DNA of 64,000 bases, from assembly GCA_964016885.1 (NCBI GenBank), contig OZ024757.1, positions 8,866,001 to 8,930,000 on the forward strand, written 5' to 3'. A program made the translations under genes and the position numbers. Positions 51,951 to 64,000 of this stretch are shown piece by piece. The notes beneath the pieces were generated by a model, which had not been told where the DNA came from, did not search any database, and was given only the letters and a program-made list of their open reading frames with translations. The DNA is from Eledone cirrhosa. Lineage: Eukaryota. The stretch's first letter is position 1. Each line of letters begins with the position of its first letter.

Positions 51951-54900
51951 AGGCGGTAGTAGATGACGGACGCGATGTACGCGTTAGCCACCACCGCTCG
52001 ACCTTTCAGGCATAGCTTCCTCTCGGCCCATTTCTGGGTGAGAGAAGCCACCCTGCTCGTCACCTCGTCCCAGTTTTTGTCCGTCTGGAGGTCTGGACCG
52101 AACCAGACCCCTAGCAATTTAACCGGTCCGTCTGTCCAGCGCCCGACGACGCTGTTGGACGGCATGGACCTGCCTCTCCAGGTGCCGAGCTGCAGGCCCA
52201 CTGACTTTTCCTGGTTGATCATTGCTCCTGTCACCGCTTCGTATTCTCTTAGTGTAGTGCCGATCGCCTCGATGTGTTTGGCGTTCGACACCCCTACGGT
52301 GACATCGTCGGCATATGCTGACACGGATCTTCCGCATCCTAGTTCGCGCGGGATCCCCCTCAACGTCTCCAGTTTGTGCAGTAATGGCTCGAGAGTCAAT
52401 ACGTACAAGAGGGACGAGAGGGGACATCCTTGGCGGACCGAGCGCATGATGTTGAACGGTTCCGAAAGGTGACCGTTCACTCTCACCACAGAGCAGATGT
52501 TGTTGTGCATGGCAGCGATCCAGCCTCTGAAGACGGGCCCAAAACCAGCCGCCCTCAAGACTGCCTCTAGGTAACGATGGTCGACCCTATCGAAGGCTTT
52601 CGACTGATCTAAATTGATCAAAGACCCACCCGTGCCAGGTTCCCTAGCTACCCTCTCTACGATGTATTGCATGAGGTGGAGGTTGTCGTGGATGGATCTG
52701 TCGGGAATGGCGCATGTCTGTGCCTCTTCCACCAGACCACCAACGACAAGCGCCAACCTCTTTGCTAGCACCTTGGCCAAAATCTTGAACTCTGTGTTTA
52801 GCAGAGTTATGGGCCTAAAAATATCTTTGTTATCCCCCTTGTTCGGATCCTTTCTCAGCAGCGCCACCGCTCCTCGGCTCACAGAGCAGGGATTTCTCCC
52901 GTTCTGTTGCCAGTTGCAGTAGACGTCCGCCAAGAGGCCTCCGAACAAGTTTGGCATTTGTACGTAAAGTTCATAGGGCAGACCATCCAAACCAGGCGAT
53001 TTACCCCTTGTGCAACTAGTCATTGCATCCCGTACTTCAGTGGTTGTTATCGCCTCAGTGGACGAAAGCCGCGGCAGTCCATCGAGGTAGACACTAAAGT
53101 CCATCCCTCGATCCGGCCCGCCACTGCCCCCGAACAGTTGAGCGAAGTGTCGCTGAAAAGCTTCACACATTTGCCCGGGATCGAGTAGCATGCGCCCGTC
53201 GTGGTCCACCAAAGACCGGATCGTGGCTTTGTTGCCACGACGTGCCTCCGCCACTCGGGCCCATTGAACGGCTTTCGTCCCCTCGTGTCTGAGAGCACGC
53301 ACCCTAGCTCTGACAACGCAGCCTTCGTGCTTTGCATTGAAGAATTGGTCAAGGGCCAATTTCGCCGCAAGTACGTCGGTCGCGATGCCTTTGCTAAGCG
53401 CCTCATCTAATTTTCTAACTAATTCTCCCTCTGCTCTATTTTTCTCTATTGCTAAAGTCTTACTAAACCTAATGGACTCTATTCTAATTGCTCTTTTCAG
53501 AGCAAACCACCACTTGATGTTGACGATGGCCCCCGTCAACGCCCGCTTAACTAGTTCGCTAATCCGGTCTCTGTAGGCCTTGCGCGATGGTAAGGACGCG
53601 TTTAGCTTCCAGTAGCCGGGTCCTCGCCTATGAAGCCTATCTAAGTCAAGCACACAGATCACGAATTCGTGGTCCGTGTAGCTGACTATTTTGAATTGTG
53701 GACAGCCTATGCTAGACCTATCTATTTCCCTACAAAATACTCTATCTAGATATGATCTGGATGACCCTATGCGATTTGTGCAAGTCCACATTGGTACATT
53801 CGGGAAATCCATTCGGTACCTGTCAGACAGTTCAAAACGTCTGAGCAGGTTGGTGAGACACTTGCACCCTCCTTCCCTATCCACTAATCCCACACAATCC
53901 CAGCGTGCATCTAAGATCCCGTTCCAGTCGCCCACTAACACTAAAGAGCGGGACGTTCCAAGAAAGGTCTCCAGACGCCGGAAGAAATCACGCCGCCCTG
54001 CTCCTGTCGGGGCATAGACGGCCACTAACCTGAAAGCTTGGCCGTCTCCGCTGGTCACGTCCAGCACCACCAACTTACCTTCTGCGTCCAGGAAGATGGC
54101 CCGTATGGCAAGATCCAAACCTCTCCGAAAAAGCACAGCAACTCCTCCCCCCGATCCCGGACGGCTGGAGATGCGTACACATCGTAGCCGCCGAAGATCG
54201 GTGCGAAAGCCTGTGCTTCTGAGATTCTGGTCTCGCTGATGGCCACTACATCTATGTTTAGTGACCAGAGGTCGTTGAGCAGGTGGCCCTGCTTCCATGA
54301 CGACCCCAAGCCACGCGCATTTATGCTGCCTATTCTGAGTGAGGTCATGTTGAAAAGGAGTGGAAAAGATGGGAAAGACCACTTACCTTACTTCTCGTAG
54401 GGGAAGGACGGTTTTTCCATCCTTTTCACTGCTTGTGGCCTCCTCAGGAAGGATGTCCTTATAAATCCTCCTGGAGAGTGCTTGTCGGAAGTCTCCGATG
54501 TCTTTGGGGAATTTTTGTTTTAGTGTCATGTACGTTTTCTGTGTGATGCGAGTGATTTGTATGTGTGGAGGTGGTGTGAATTTTGGGGTTGTTTTGTTGT
54601 CTTTTTCTGTGATGCTGGTGTTGTGTTAGATGTAGTGTAATAATTGCTTGTTGTTCAAATTTAATGCTGTGTAGTGTGTATCGTTTTGGTTGTTCTGTTT
54701 TGTTTGCGTTTGTTGTGCGTTTGTTTCTGTTTCGCATTTTGATGACTTTTGTGGTGTAGGTGATGGTGGTGTTGGGGTTAATGATGGTGATGGTGTTGGT
54801 GTTTGGGTTGATGGGGTTGGTGATGCTGGTGTGGATGGTGGCATATCTGTCCTAACTTTTTTGTTTCTTAATTTATTTGTTTCCCTCTGTATTTTGTTTT

Positions 54901-56580
54901 TGGAGGAGGAAGGAAGAGAATTTTTTCTTTTTTGGTTTCTTTTTTTTTTCCGGATACGTTTCCCACTCCTCGTCGTCACAATCTGTCTCCAGTTGTGATA
55001 GGCCGGGGAGTGGAAAATCCTCCACAGCCGTTAGTTTTGGTTGTGGCGTGGTGGATGGTGTAGGCGCTGGTGCTAGTTCTGAAGCGTTGGGTGGTGGTGG
55101 TGTTGGTTTTGCTGGTGGTGGTGGTGGTGTTGGTTTTTCTACTGTTGCTGGGGTTGTTGCTGTTATAGTTGCTTCTGTTGTTGCTGCTACAGTTGTTGCT
55201 GCCATCTCTGCTACTGGTGGTGTTGATGGTTGTGTCACTGGGGTGGGTTGGAGAGGTGGCCTCAACCTTTTAGCCTGAGGGCAGAAAGCCCTTAGGTGGA
55301 TTCCTTCACCACAAACGACACACCTAGGTCTTCTGCCCTCGCCAATTACCGTGAGGTGGCTGCCGTCAGTGAGGTCTATTACCTCTGGGATCTCCTCAAT
55401 GCTTTTTTGGTCCGCTTGGATCAGGAGCTCCATCCCAGATCCGCACCAGTTCTCCTGCTTTTCTTTTGCTATTGCTATTATCTTTGTGTTGGCTTCTATT
55501 AGCCAGGGAATTTCGATGGCCGGTGGAACGTGGGTCACCCTGATCTTTACGAGTCTCTGGCCACAATAGCTTGGGACGAGTGTGAAGTCGTCACTTCTTA
55601 ATGGGGCCATGGAGTGTTCTCTAGCCTCCTCTGGTGTTTCAAAGAACACGTCCACTGTTCCATACTTTTGCCCACGTCTGATGTGGGTTTTTCTTGCCCA
55701 CACATGTCCCAAAGCTTTTTGGATTTGGGACTCGGATGCCCGTTCAACTCGGCGCGATTTTACATTTATTGTTCTATACGACACGGTGCATAGGCGCCGA
55801 TGCTCCATTTTATTAGGTGGGGGGTGAGGTTGACCCTGTACCCATCTTTCTTTACCATTTGTTAGGCATTTTCTAAATCCTCCTGAGTTACCGTAAATGC
55901 TTCGAATTGTTTTGCTACTCTGGCGAAACTGAGGGGGGGGGGTTATAATGTCATTGTTGTTGGTGTTGCTATCGTTAATATTAATTTTAGTTTCAGTTGT
56001 GGTGGTGGTAACATCAGTCGTCTTTGGTGGGGAAGAGTCCATTTTGCTTGATTTCATTTCGACATCACGAGTTAATTTATTTTTTTCTTCTTTTGTTTCT
56101 GTTGTCGCGGTGGTGGTGGTAGTGGTGGTTGTCGCGGTGGTGGTGGTGGTGGTGGTGGTGGTGGTGGTGGTGGTGGTGGAGGCTTTAACACCTGCAGTCA
56201 TTGGTAATGGCGGGAAATGTATGTCTGCCTGAGACAAATTTAAAATATTGCTAGTGCTTATATTTTTTTTTGTGTTGGCAAACGTAGTAACATTTACAAT
56301 GGTGGTGTCGGTGTGAGGTGTTATTTTGTGAGGAAGGCTTTCAGCTGCTTGGTGCAGAGGTGAATTAGCCATTTTTTTCAAAGAAATTTTTTGATAATAA
56401 TAAAAGTTTAAATTTTGGGCACAAGGCCCCAATCTTTTTGGGTGTCCTTTTCGGAAAACAATGTATGTGCGCTTATAAACAGTTAACAATAAAAAATTTC
56501 CATAAATGACAATTTTTAACAAACGGAAATAACAAACCTTTGCGGAGCTCACGATGATACGATTTACTACGTAGGTCGCC
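51951..56580 (-). mobile_element. Tx1 subfamily B, copy 2 (complete 5' end; ORF1 ATG 56372; ORF2 ATG 54348; 3' end deleted)
   Basis: ORF1 has an intact knuckle CVVCGEGIHLRAFC; ORF2 has APE and RT (YADD). The 5' end GGCGACC abuts (AAT)n 56581-56629, followed by (AAG)n. Confidence 0.95.
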
Positions 56581-56658
<78 letters not shown>

Positions 56659-56717
56659 AAGAAGAAGAAGAAAGAACAATAAGAAAGAACTATTCTTAGC
56701 ACAAATGTTGCATAAAG

Positions 56718-57520
56718 GCACCGAATGAGGTCCCATAAAGTTTCGAATCCATATTATATTGTTGTATCGCTCAAATATTCAATTTTGTATTATATATTTT
56801 GTATTCAAAAAAGAAAATGGTTATAAATGGAACAAAACACCCTCTGTCTACACTATATAGAACAGCGGCAATTTCAATTTCACCTACACCAGAAACTTGA
56901 TACACTTGATACACTACCTATCCCATCACACTAAATATAATTTCACCAGCATCATAATAATAATTACTAGTATTATTGTCTCAAATTTTAAAAAATGTTT
57001 AATTCAAATTTTACGGGAATATGTCAACACAAAATATAATGAAAATATATATTAAACATACGAACACAAACTCATAGATACTATATCAGTAACCACAACA
57101 CCACCGCTGCCACCACCCCACCACATCCATCATCGCCGCCATCACTCATTCAATGCTACTGACACTATTCCCCTGTTAACTTGAGAGAGAAAAGGGAAGG
57201 TGACGGTAGCACTAGACAAGAGAGAGGCTAGCAAAAGATATAAATAGACTGACTTGGTGACCTTGCCACGGCCAAACGTCTACATCAACAATTATGGGAC
57301 TGCTGGCTCACCCCTTCCTCACCAACAATATAAAAAGCCCCGGCACCACCACCGGCATAGCCAACAACAATAACAGCCAACTACAACAAAAAGTATATTA
57401 TATTATTGTAATGCACTGGGTGATTGCTGGCCTTGTGCCTGGAGTGGAGACAATTATTAATAATTTCATTCTTAAGCCACGCAATGCTCACATTAAGGAA
57501 CCACTCATGATAATAACAAT

Positions 57521-57557
<37 letters not shown>
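56718..57557 (+). repeat. Shared leader, copy 4, ending in a ~31-nt poly(A)
   Basis: Paralog of 38029-38952. Confidence 0.85.
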
Positions 57558-57559
<2 letters not shown>

Positions 57560-60500
57560 CGTGACCAAGAAATACCGGGATGGCGGCCGGCGGGGAATAG
57601 CCATGTCTCTAGGGGAGAACGACCCCTCTAGTCTTGGTTGACACTCGTTCTAGAAGTGGTAACACGAAATGATTACCCCTTGGCGGATAAGGATAAAACG
57701 CGACAAAATAAAGTAAATGTCTAATGATAAAATCTCATACCGCATCGGCCGTCACCCGGGTAAAAAAGGGCCGCGTCCCTCAGAGAGGAACCAGACTGGG
57801 TTCGAAAAATCAGCTAATGGTTCAAACCTTCCCATCACTTCGGAGCTGGAGACCTCCCATAACCGGAATACTCCTACTGTTGGCCCTCCATGCTCACCAC
57901 CAAGAAATCCAAAGAAAAAGAGAGAAAAATGGTCAAGGGAAGATAATAAAGAAGTCCTTGAGGCTTTCTACACTGCCATGTACTACCCATCAAATACATC
58001 GAATACAGAACAAACATATATCAACTGAAAAAAGAAACATCCCGAAAACAGAGGCTATATTGACAGTAACAAACTAGCCAATATACGAAGAAATATTGTA
58101 AGAAAAAAGTTACTAACTGATATAGAAATTGATCAGATCAAGCTAGTAGCACAAAGTCAGCGAAGGGAAAATGAAGCATGTGTCAGTGAAAACGAGGTAA
58201 ACTGTAACACTTCGAATCCCAGGGTTGGGGCGGAATCACTGGCAACAGAACAAATTAAAGAAAGGAGCGAAAAGTGGAGGGAGTGCATGCTCAGGATGAT
58301 ACTCCAAATGAAAATAATGAGATCGTAAAAGATAAAGAGATGAATGAGAATGAACTTGCCAACTTGAAGGATGAAATTATGATCGAATGGATGAAAATGA
58401 AAGAATCTGACATGGGGCAACGAGACACCCTCCCTAAGATCCAGAACTCCAAACAGAACCAAAAGATAATACACAAGACTAACATAATTCTCAAAAACAT
58501 TATCATCACAAACAAACTAAACATTACTGATTTAAATCATCTCTATTATGCATCGGCTAAAGTCACCACTCACTTATGTGGAGTGAAAATGAAAAAACAA
58601 AGGAATTCCCACAAGAAATATACTTGGCAAGAGAACATCAATCGACAAATAAACCTTCTCCGATCTGACATAGAAATTTTAACAAACTATAAAGTAGGTG
58701 AACATGTTAAACAAACTAAACTTAGAAAATTGAAAAAAAAGTACAGTATAAAATCAACATGTGACATAGACATGCTGATAGAAATAATCAAGCAAAAAGT
58801 GTCGGCCAAAGCTGCTCGTATCAGGCGCTTTGAAAAACGATCTAGATTCTATAAGGACAATAACATGTTCAAAAACAACCAAAGAAACTTCTACTGAAAA
58901 ATTGGTAAGTCAACAATAACTGCTAAATCAATACCACCCATGGAGGAAGTGCAAGAATTCTGGGAAAAGTTCTGGGCCGAAGAAAAAGTTCATAACATAC
59001 ATGCCCCATGGATAGACAGACAAATGAAAGATACAGCTCACCTTGAGGAACAAATATGGGAAAATATAACAGTTGAACAGTTGCGCTTGGCTCTAAGAAA
59101 AACCAGCAAATGGAAATCCCCAGGAAAAGACAAAATAAAAAACTTTCGGATAAATAACCTCACTGAGTCTAATGAGCTGTTAGCCCAACTTTACAATGAA
59201 ATAGTTAAGGAGCCAGAAAAGATACCATCATGGCTAGTTAACGGCATTACATTCCTCCTTCCGAAGAATGATGAAACAAACAATCCCCAAAATTACAGAC
59301 CGATAACTTGCTTGACCACAATGTATAAAATTTTAACATCAGTCCTAACTGAATACACATATGACCACCTGATAACAAATGACCTATTTCCCATTGAGCA
59401 GAAAGGGTGTAAACGAGGCTCATATGGCGGTAAGGATCAGCTTCTGGTTAACAAAATGATACTGGAAGATTGTCATAATAGACACAAAAATCTATCGATT
59501 GCTTGGATAGATTATAAAAAAGCATTCGATAGTTTGCCACACAGTTGGATTGAAAAATGTTTAGAGATTTTCAAAATATCACCCGTTGTCAGGAGGTTTT
59601 TGTCATTCAGTATGAAGACATGGAAAACGCCACTCCGTTTGAATAGTGAAACAAAATCACTGGAAGCTGGAGAAGTTAATATTAATTGTGGAATTTTTCA
59701 GGGTGACTCTTTATCACCGCTTTTATTCTGCATGGCACTTATACCATTAAGTAAAATGCCCAATGAGACAAAACATGGATATAAAGTCTATGACAAAACC
59801 ATTAATCACCTGTTCTACATGGATGACCTGAAACTATTTGCAAAAAATGACGAACAATTGCAAGGGCTATTATCCACTGTGGAGCAGTTCAGTGATGACA
59901 TTAAAATGAAGTTTGGACTAGATAAATGCGCCAAAGCAACGTTCACCAGAGGAAAGCTGCTGAAGAGTTCAGACATTAATCTTGATCGGGGGAACGTGAT
60001 AAGAGAACTTGATCAAGAAAAAACTTACAAATATCTAGGTGTTTGTGAAGGAGACGGAATCAAGCACTCGACAATGTGGGAAAGGATAAGGAAGGAATGT
60101 TACCGCAGAGTAAGAACAATCTTAAGAACGGAATTGAATGCAAGGAATAGGATCGATGCCATAAACACGCTTGCCCTACCAGTAGTAACCTACAGTTACA
60201 ATGTCATCAACTGGTCAAGCACAGAGATCCGTAGGCTCGATACAAAAATTCGAAAATTCTTAACCATGCACAGAATCATCACCATAAGGCAGATATAGAT
60301 AGAATATACCTCCCTAGGAAAGAAGGAGGACGTGGGTTAATCCAGTTAGACATTGCGTTGAAAACTGCAACAATTGGATTATCTACATATCTAAGGGAAT
60401 CACATGATTGGATGATCAAACTCGTTTTGAAACACGAAAGCATTAAAAGATCATATTCCATTACAAAAGATGCACAAAGATACAGTAATGGACTACAAAT

Positions 60501-61508
60501 TTCAGAAGTCCCATTTACTGGTGAAATGGAAAACACAGAAAAAGCAAAGCAGGTAAAAGTAACTGCAAAGAAAGAACTGCTACAGAAACTGGCTAAGAAA
60601 TGGCAAGAAAAGCCTCTATATGGAAAATACGCAGAGCGAGCTAACAATCCTGATGTTGACAAAACTTTAACCCATCAGTGGTTGGCATCCTCTGGACTGA
60701 AATCGGAGACTGAAGGACTGATTATATCAGCACAAGATCAGTGTCTGCCAACAAAAAATTACCAAGCCAACATAATAAAAAATGGGTGCAGCCCATTATG
60801 CCGTGTATGCAAAAAACAACCAGAGAGCATTGACCATATAATTTCAATGTGCAGTCCTATAGCTCCAACCAAATACCTAAACAGGCATGACAGAGCTGCA
60901 CAATACATACATTGGATAATGTGTAAGCATTTTGACCTGCCCCATCAAAAGAATTGGTGGGAGCATCAACCACCTCCCATAGTTGAAAAAGATCACATCT
61001 CAATCTTGTGGAACTTTAGCATCCATACAGACCGAAAAATAGATGCAAATAGACCTGATATAATATTGAAGGACTTTAAAAAGAGGGTATGCCTGCTAAT
61101 TGATATGTCTGTTCCAATAGACAAGAATGTATCTATAAAAACATTTTAAAAATTGAGCAAGTATAAGGACCTGGAGATAGAAATTGGAAAAATGTGGAAA
61201 TTGAGAACTAAAAGAATACCAGTAGTTGTAGGCGCTCTCGGAATGATACCTAAGGGGTCTAATGATTACTTATCGCAAATCCCAGGAAACCCGCGTATAG
61301 GAGAAATACAAAAGAGAGTACTAATGGGAACTGCCCATATACTAAGGAAGATTCTGTCAATATAAGTACATCACAAGTCTAAACACTAAAGATGCATGTG
61401 TGAGTATGTATGTTCTTTCTTGAACATGGCGTACCTTGTTGTCTCTTGAGGGCACTGGTTGTGACTTGGTGATAACTCGTATGAACATAAAGCAAGATAA
61501 ATGCAACT

Positions 61509-61509
<1 letters not shown>
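57558..61509 (+). mobile_element. R4/Dong family B, copy 2 (ORF 57717-61365, stops and frameshifts)
   Basis: Colinear with 38953-42867; (TAA)n tail. Confidence 0.95.
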
Positions 61510-61548
<39 letters not shown>

Positions 61549-62851
61549 GGGAAGAAGACGCACGAGGTGACGGAGGTCATGAAATCGCTCCCGTAAGTTT
61601 TGAATTTTTAACATATTTAAATCATTTGTGAAATAACAACTCCTAGTACAAATGCTACGTAAAGCACCCGGCTTGAGCCCCAAAAAAATTCGGACCCAAA
61701 ATATATTGTTATAAGGCTCAAATATTCAAATATTCAACTTTGTATTGTACACTGTATATCCAAAAAAAAATGGCTATAAATGGAAGAAGAAGAACCCCCC
61801 CCCCCTCCTCTCCTCTGGCTACACTATATAGGACAGCTAAACTCACCAACACCAGAAACTAGATACACCACCCACCCCATCATCTGTGTACACTAAACAC
61901 AACAGCATTTTCACCTTCACCGCCACCGCTCACTACGGCCATCATTACCACCACTATCCCATCACCGCCGCCACCACCCCTTGACTCCTTCACTGCTGCT
62001 GCCACCGCTACAGCACCATCACTACAGTAATACGGCTCAAATATTCAAATATTCAACTTTGTATTGTACACTGTATATCCAAAAAAAAATAAAATGGCTA
62101 TAAATGGAAGAAGAAGAACCCCCCCCCCCCTCCTCTCCTCTGGCTACACTATATAGGACAGCGAAACTCACCAACACCAGAAACTAGATACACCACCCAC
62201 CCCATCATCTGTGTACACTAAACACAACAGCATTTTCACCTTCACCGCCACCGCTCACTACGGCCATCATTACCACCACTATCCCATCACCGCCGCCACC
62301 ACCCCCTGACTCCTTCACTGCTGCTGCCACCGCTACAGCACCATCACTACAGTAATACGGTCGCATCAGCGCCACCACTGCCTCGGTATCGACATCACCA
62401 CCACCACTGTCTCAGTATCGCCAACGCCGCCAGCCTCTGCTGGCTACCACTTCCACATTATAGAATTCCTACTACTAACAAAGAGGAAGGCATCAAAATA
62501 TATAGATAGACTCAAAAGAAAAAAGAAAAAACAAACAACAAAAGCAGCACAGCAACAACAGTAAAAAACGAGAAAAACAGAGAAAAACAAAAACAAAAAA
62601 AGAAACCCCAAAAACGTAAAGAAAATAAGAATGAAGAGAGAAGCAGGCGGACGGACAGAGAAGAGGGGGGAAAAAGTAAAACTTAAAAAACAAAAACTAA
62701 GTCAGACATTCGAATACTACATTACAATGAAACTTATGCTTATTCATTTTTGGGGCCCTTTCTGCCCGTGTGTTTGTTTGTTTATGTGTGTCCGTATACA
62801 GCGTGGTGATAATGCCACACAAGGGCCAAGTGGGATGGCGGATCCACAGAT
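61549..62851 (+). repeat. Shared leader, copy 5, with an internal ~320-bp tandem duplication (61715-62033 / 62034-62358)
   Basis: GGCTCAAATATTCAAATATTC starts at both 61715 and 62034. Confidence 0.88.
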
Positions 62852-64000
62852 GGCTATGTAAACATACATTCGCCAATCCTCGATAAGAGTGTTTAAATAT
62901 CGAACATAAACAGTTCGAATAACGGTGAAATGGAGACTAGAACGTCATGTGACAGACTCTCACCCAACAGGTGCCCCCTGGCTCAGCAGCAGGAACCTGA
63001 CTGTCAACCAAATACTGCTGATGTTGGAGGAAGAAGAAGAAGGAAAGGGGCCAGAACCAACTGGACGAAATAATTGAATAGAACTGTTATGCAATGCTAC
63101 CTGAAAAGTAACCCCAAGGAGAGGGGCTACAGGAGACGGATGCATAACATCTGGAACGAGATTGGTTTATTTAAATTAGATGAACAAAAATTGGCCGGGC
63201 AGGCTCGGGTAATAAGAACTAATGGGTGGATAAGCGAGCTGGAACTGGAGGAACTGAGCAGAGAGAATGGCTTGGAGATGGCGGGTGTAGTATGCCAGAC
63301 AAGCGAGCCGGCGGGAAATGAAGGTGAGGAGGTCCTGAGAACGGAGGAACCACCCGAAGCAGACAATGATCTGAATACTGAGATAAATAATACCTGGAAC
63401 AGAGATACGGCCACTGAGGAGATGAATGCTGACGGGCTAGGACAAGATTCGGTTGACATCCTAAATTTAGTGGTAGATGAGTTGAACAATGATAGTGGGA
63501 GACCTATGAACCTAAGATTTGTAGACAGGAAAAAGTTAAAAGAAACAACAGCTAAGTTAAACAAAGTCATCCCATACCTTGAGGCGAGGAGTCTTCACCA
63601 GTGCAACAATATCCTCAAAGCAACAGCAAATACGGTGAGGAAACTACTTGGTATAAAAGCGAGAGGAAACAACAGACAAGAAAGAGCAGAGCCGTGGTGG
63701 AAGAAGCGACTGAGTGGGCAAATCGGGGAAATGAGAAATGACATAGGAAAGCTTGAGTCACTACTGAATGGGACACTAAAAAACATAGGCACTAAAAATA
63801 GACTGGAAATAAAATACAAAACTAGGAGTAAAAAGCTAAATATTATCATAGAGGAATTGAAGCAACGCATTGTAGCAAAGAGTGCCAAAATCAGGCGATA
63901 CGAGAACAGAGTCAGTCAGTATAAACAGAACCGCATGTTCGACAACAACCAGAAGATGCTGTTTGGACAGCTTGAGGGGAAAGAAAGAGGCAACGACTTG
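62852..64000 (+). mobile_element. R4/Dong family A, copy 3 (ATG 62930; runs off the window)
   Basis: Colinear with 22557-23705; shares the early TAA stop with copy 2. Confidence 0.93.

Noticed and set aside
51917-54382. 821-aa ORF as an intact Tx1 ORF2
   Set aside because: The N-terminus is off-frame (true ATG at 54348, frameshift near 54170) and the C-terminus runs into antisense R4B sequence.

Overview
AT-rich, microsatellite-dense animal genomic DNA. The SINE family and repeat landscape resemble octopus/cephalopod genomes; that assignment is inference. 1-9.1 kb holds a probable minus-strand host gene: a basic, Cys-containing first exon plus tandemly duplicated 66-nt phase-1 exons. Its introns carry tRNA-type SINEs, a Penelope GIY-YIG fragment and a hammerhead ribozyme candidate. 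9.1-20.7 kb is decayed repeats: a (GGT)n tract, a PHD-bearing CRE-clade element, a Tx1 ending in (TA)n, a Penelope RT and an RTE. 20.7-64 kb is an ordered array of non-LTR retrotransposons, mostly separated by (AAT)n tracts. Two R4/Dong-clade RLE families always lie on + and two Tx1-clade APE subfamilies always on -. They repeat as a ~19-21.5 kb unit (R4A>, <Tx1A, <Tx1B, leader+R4B>, leader+R4A>). A shared non-coding leader precedes most R4 copies, and both R4 families have compact, apparently pseudoknotted 5' UTRs. Every retroelement copy carries stops, frameshifts or deletions. All calls come from reading the sequence by eye; no searches or folding programs were run.
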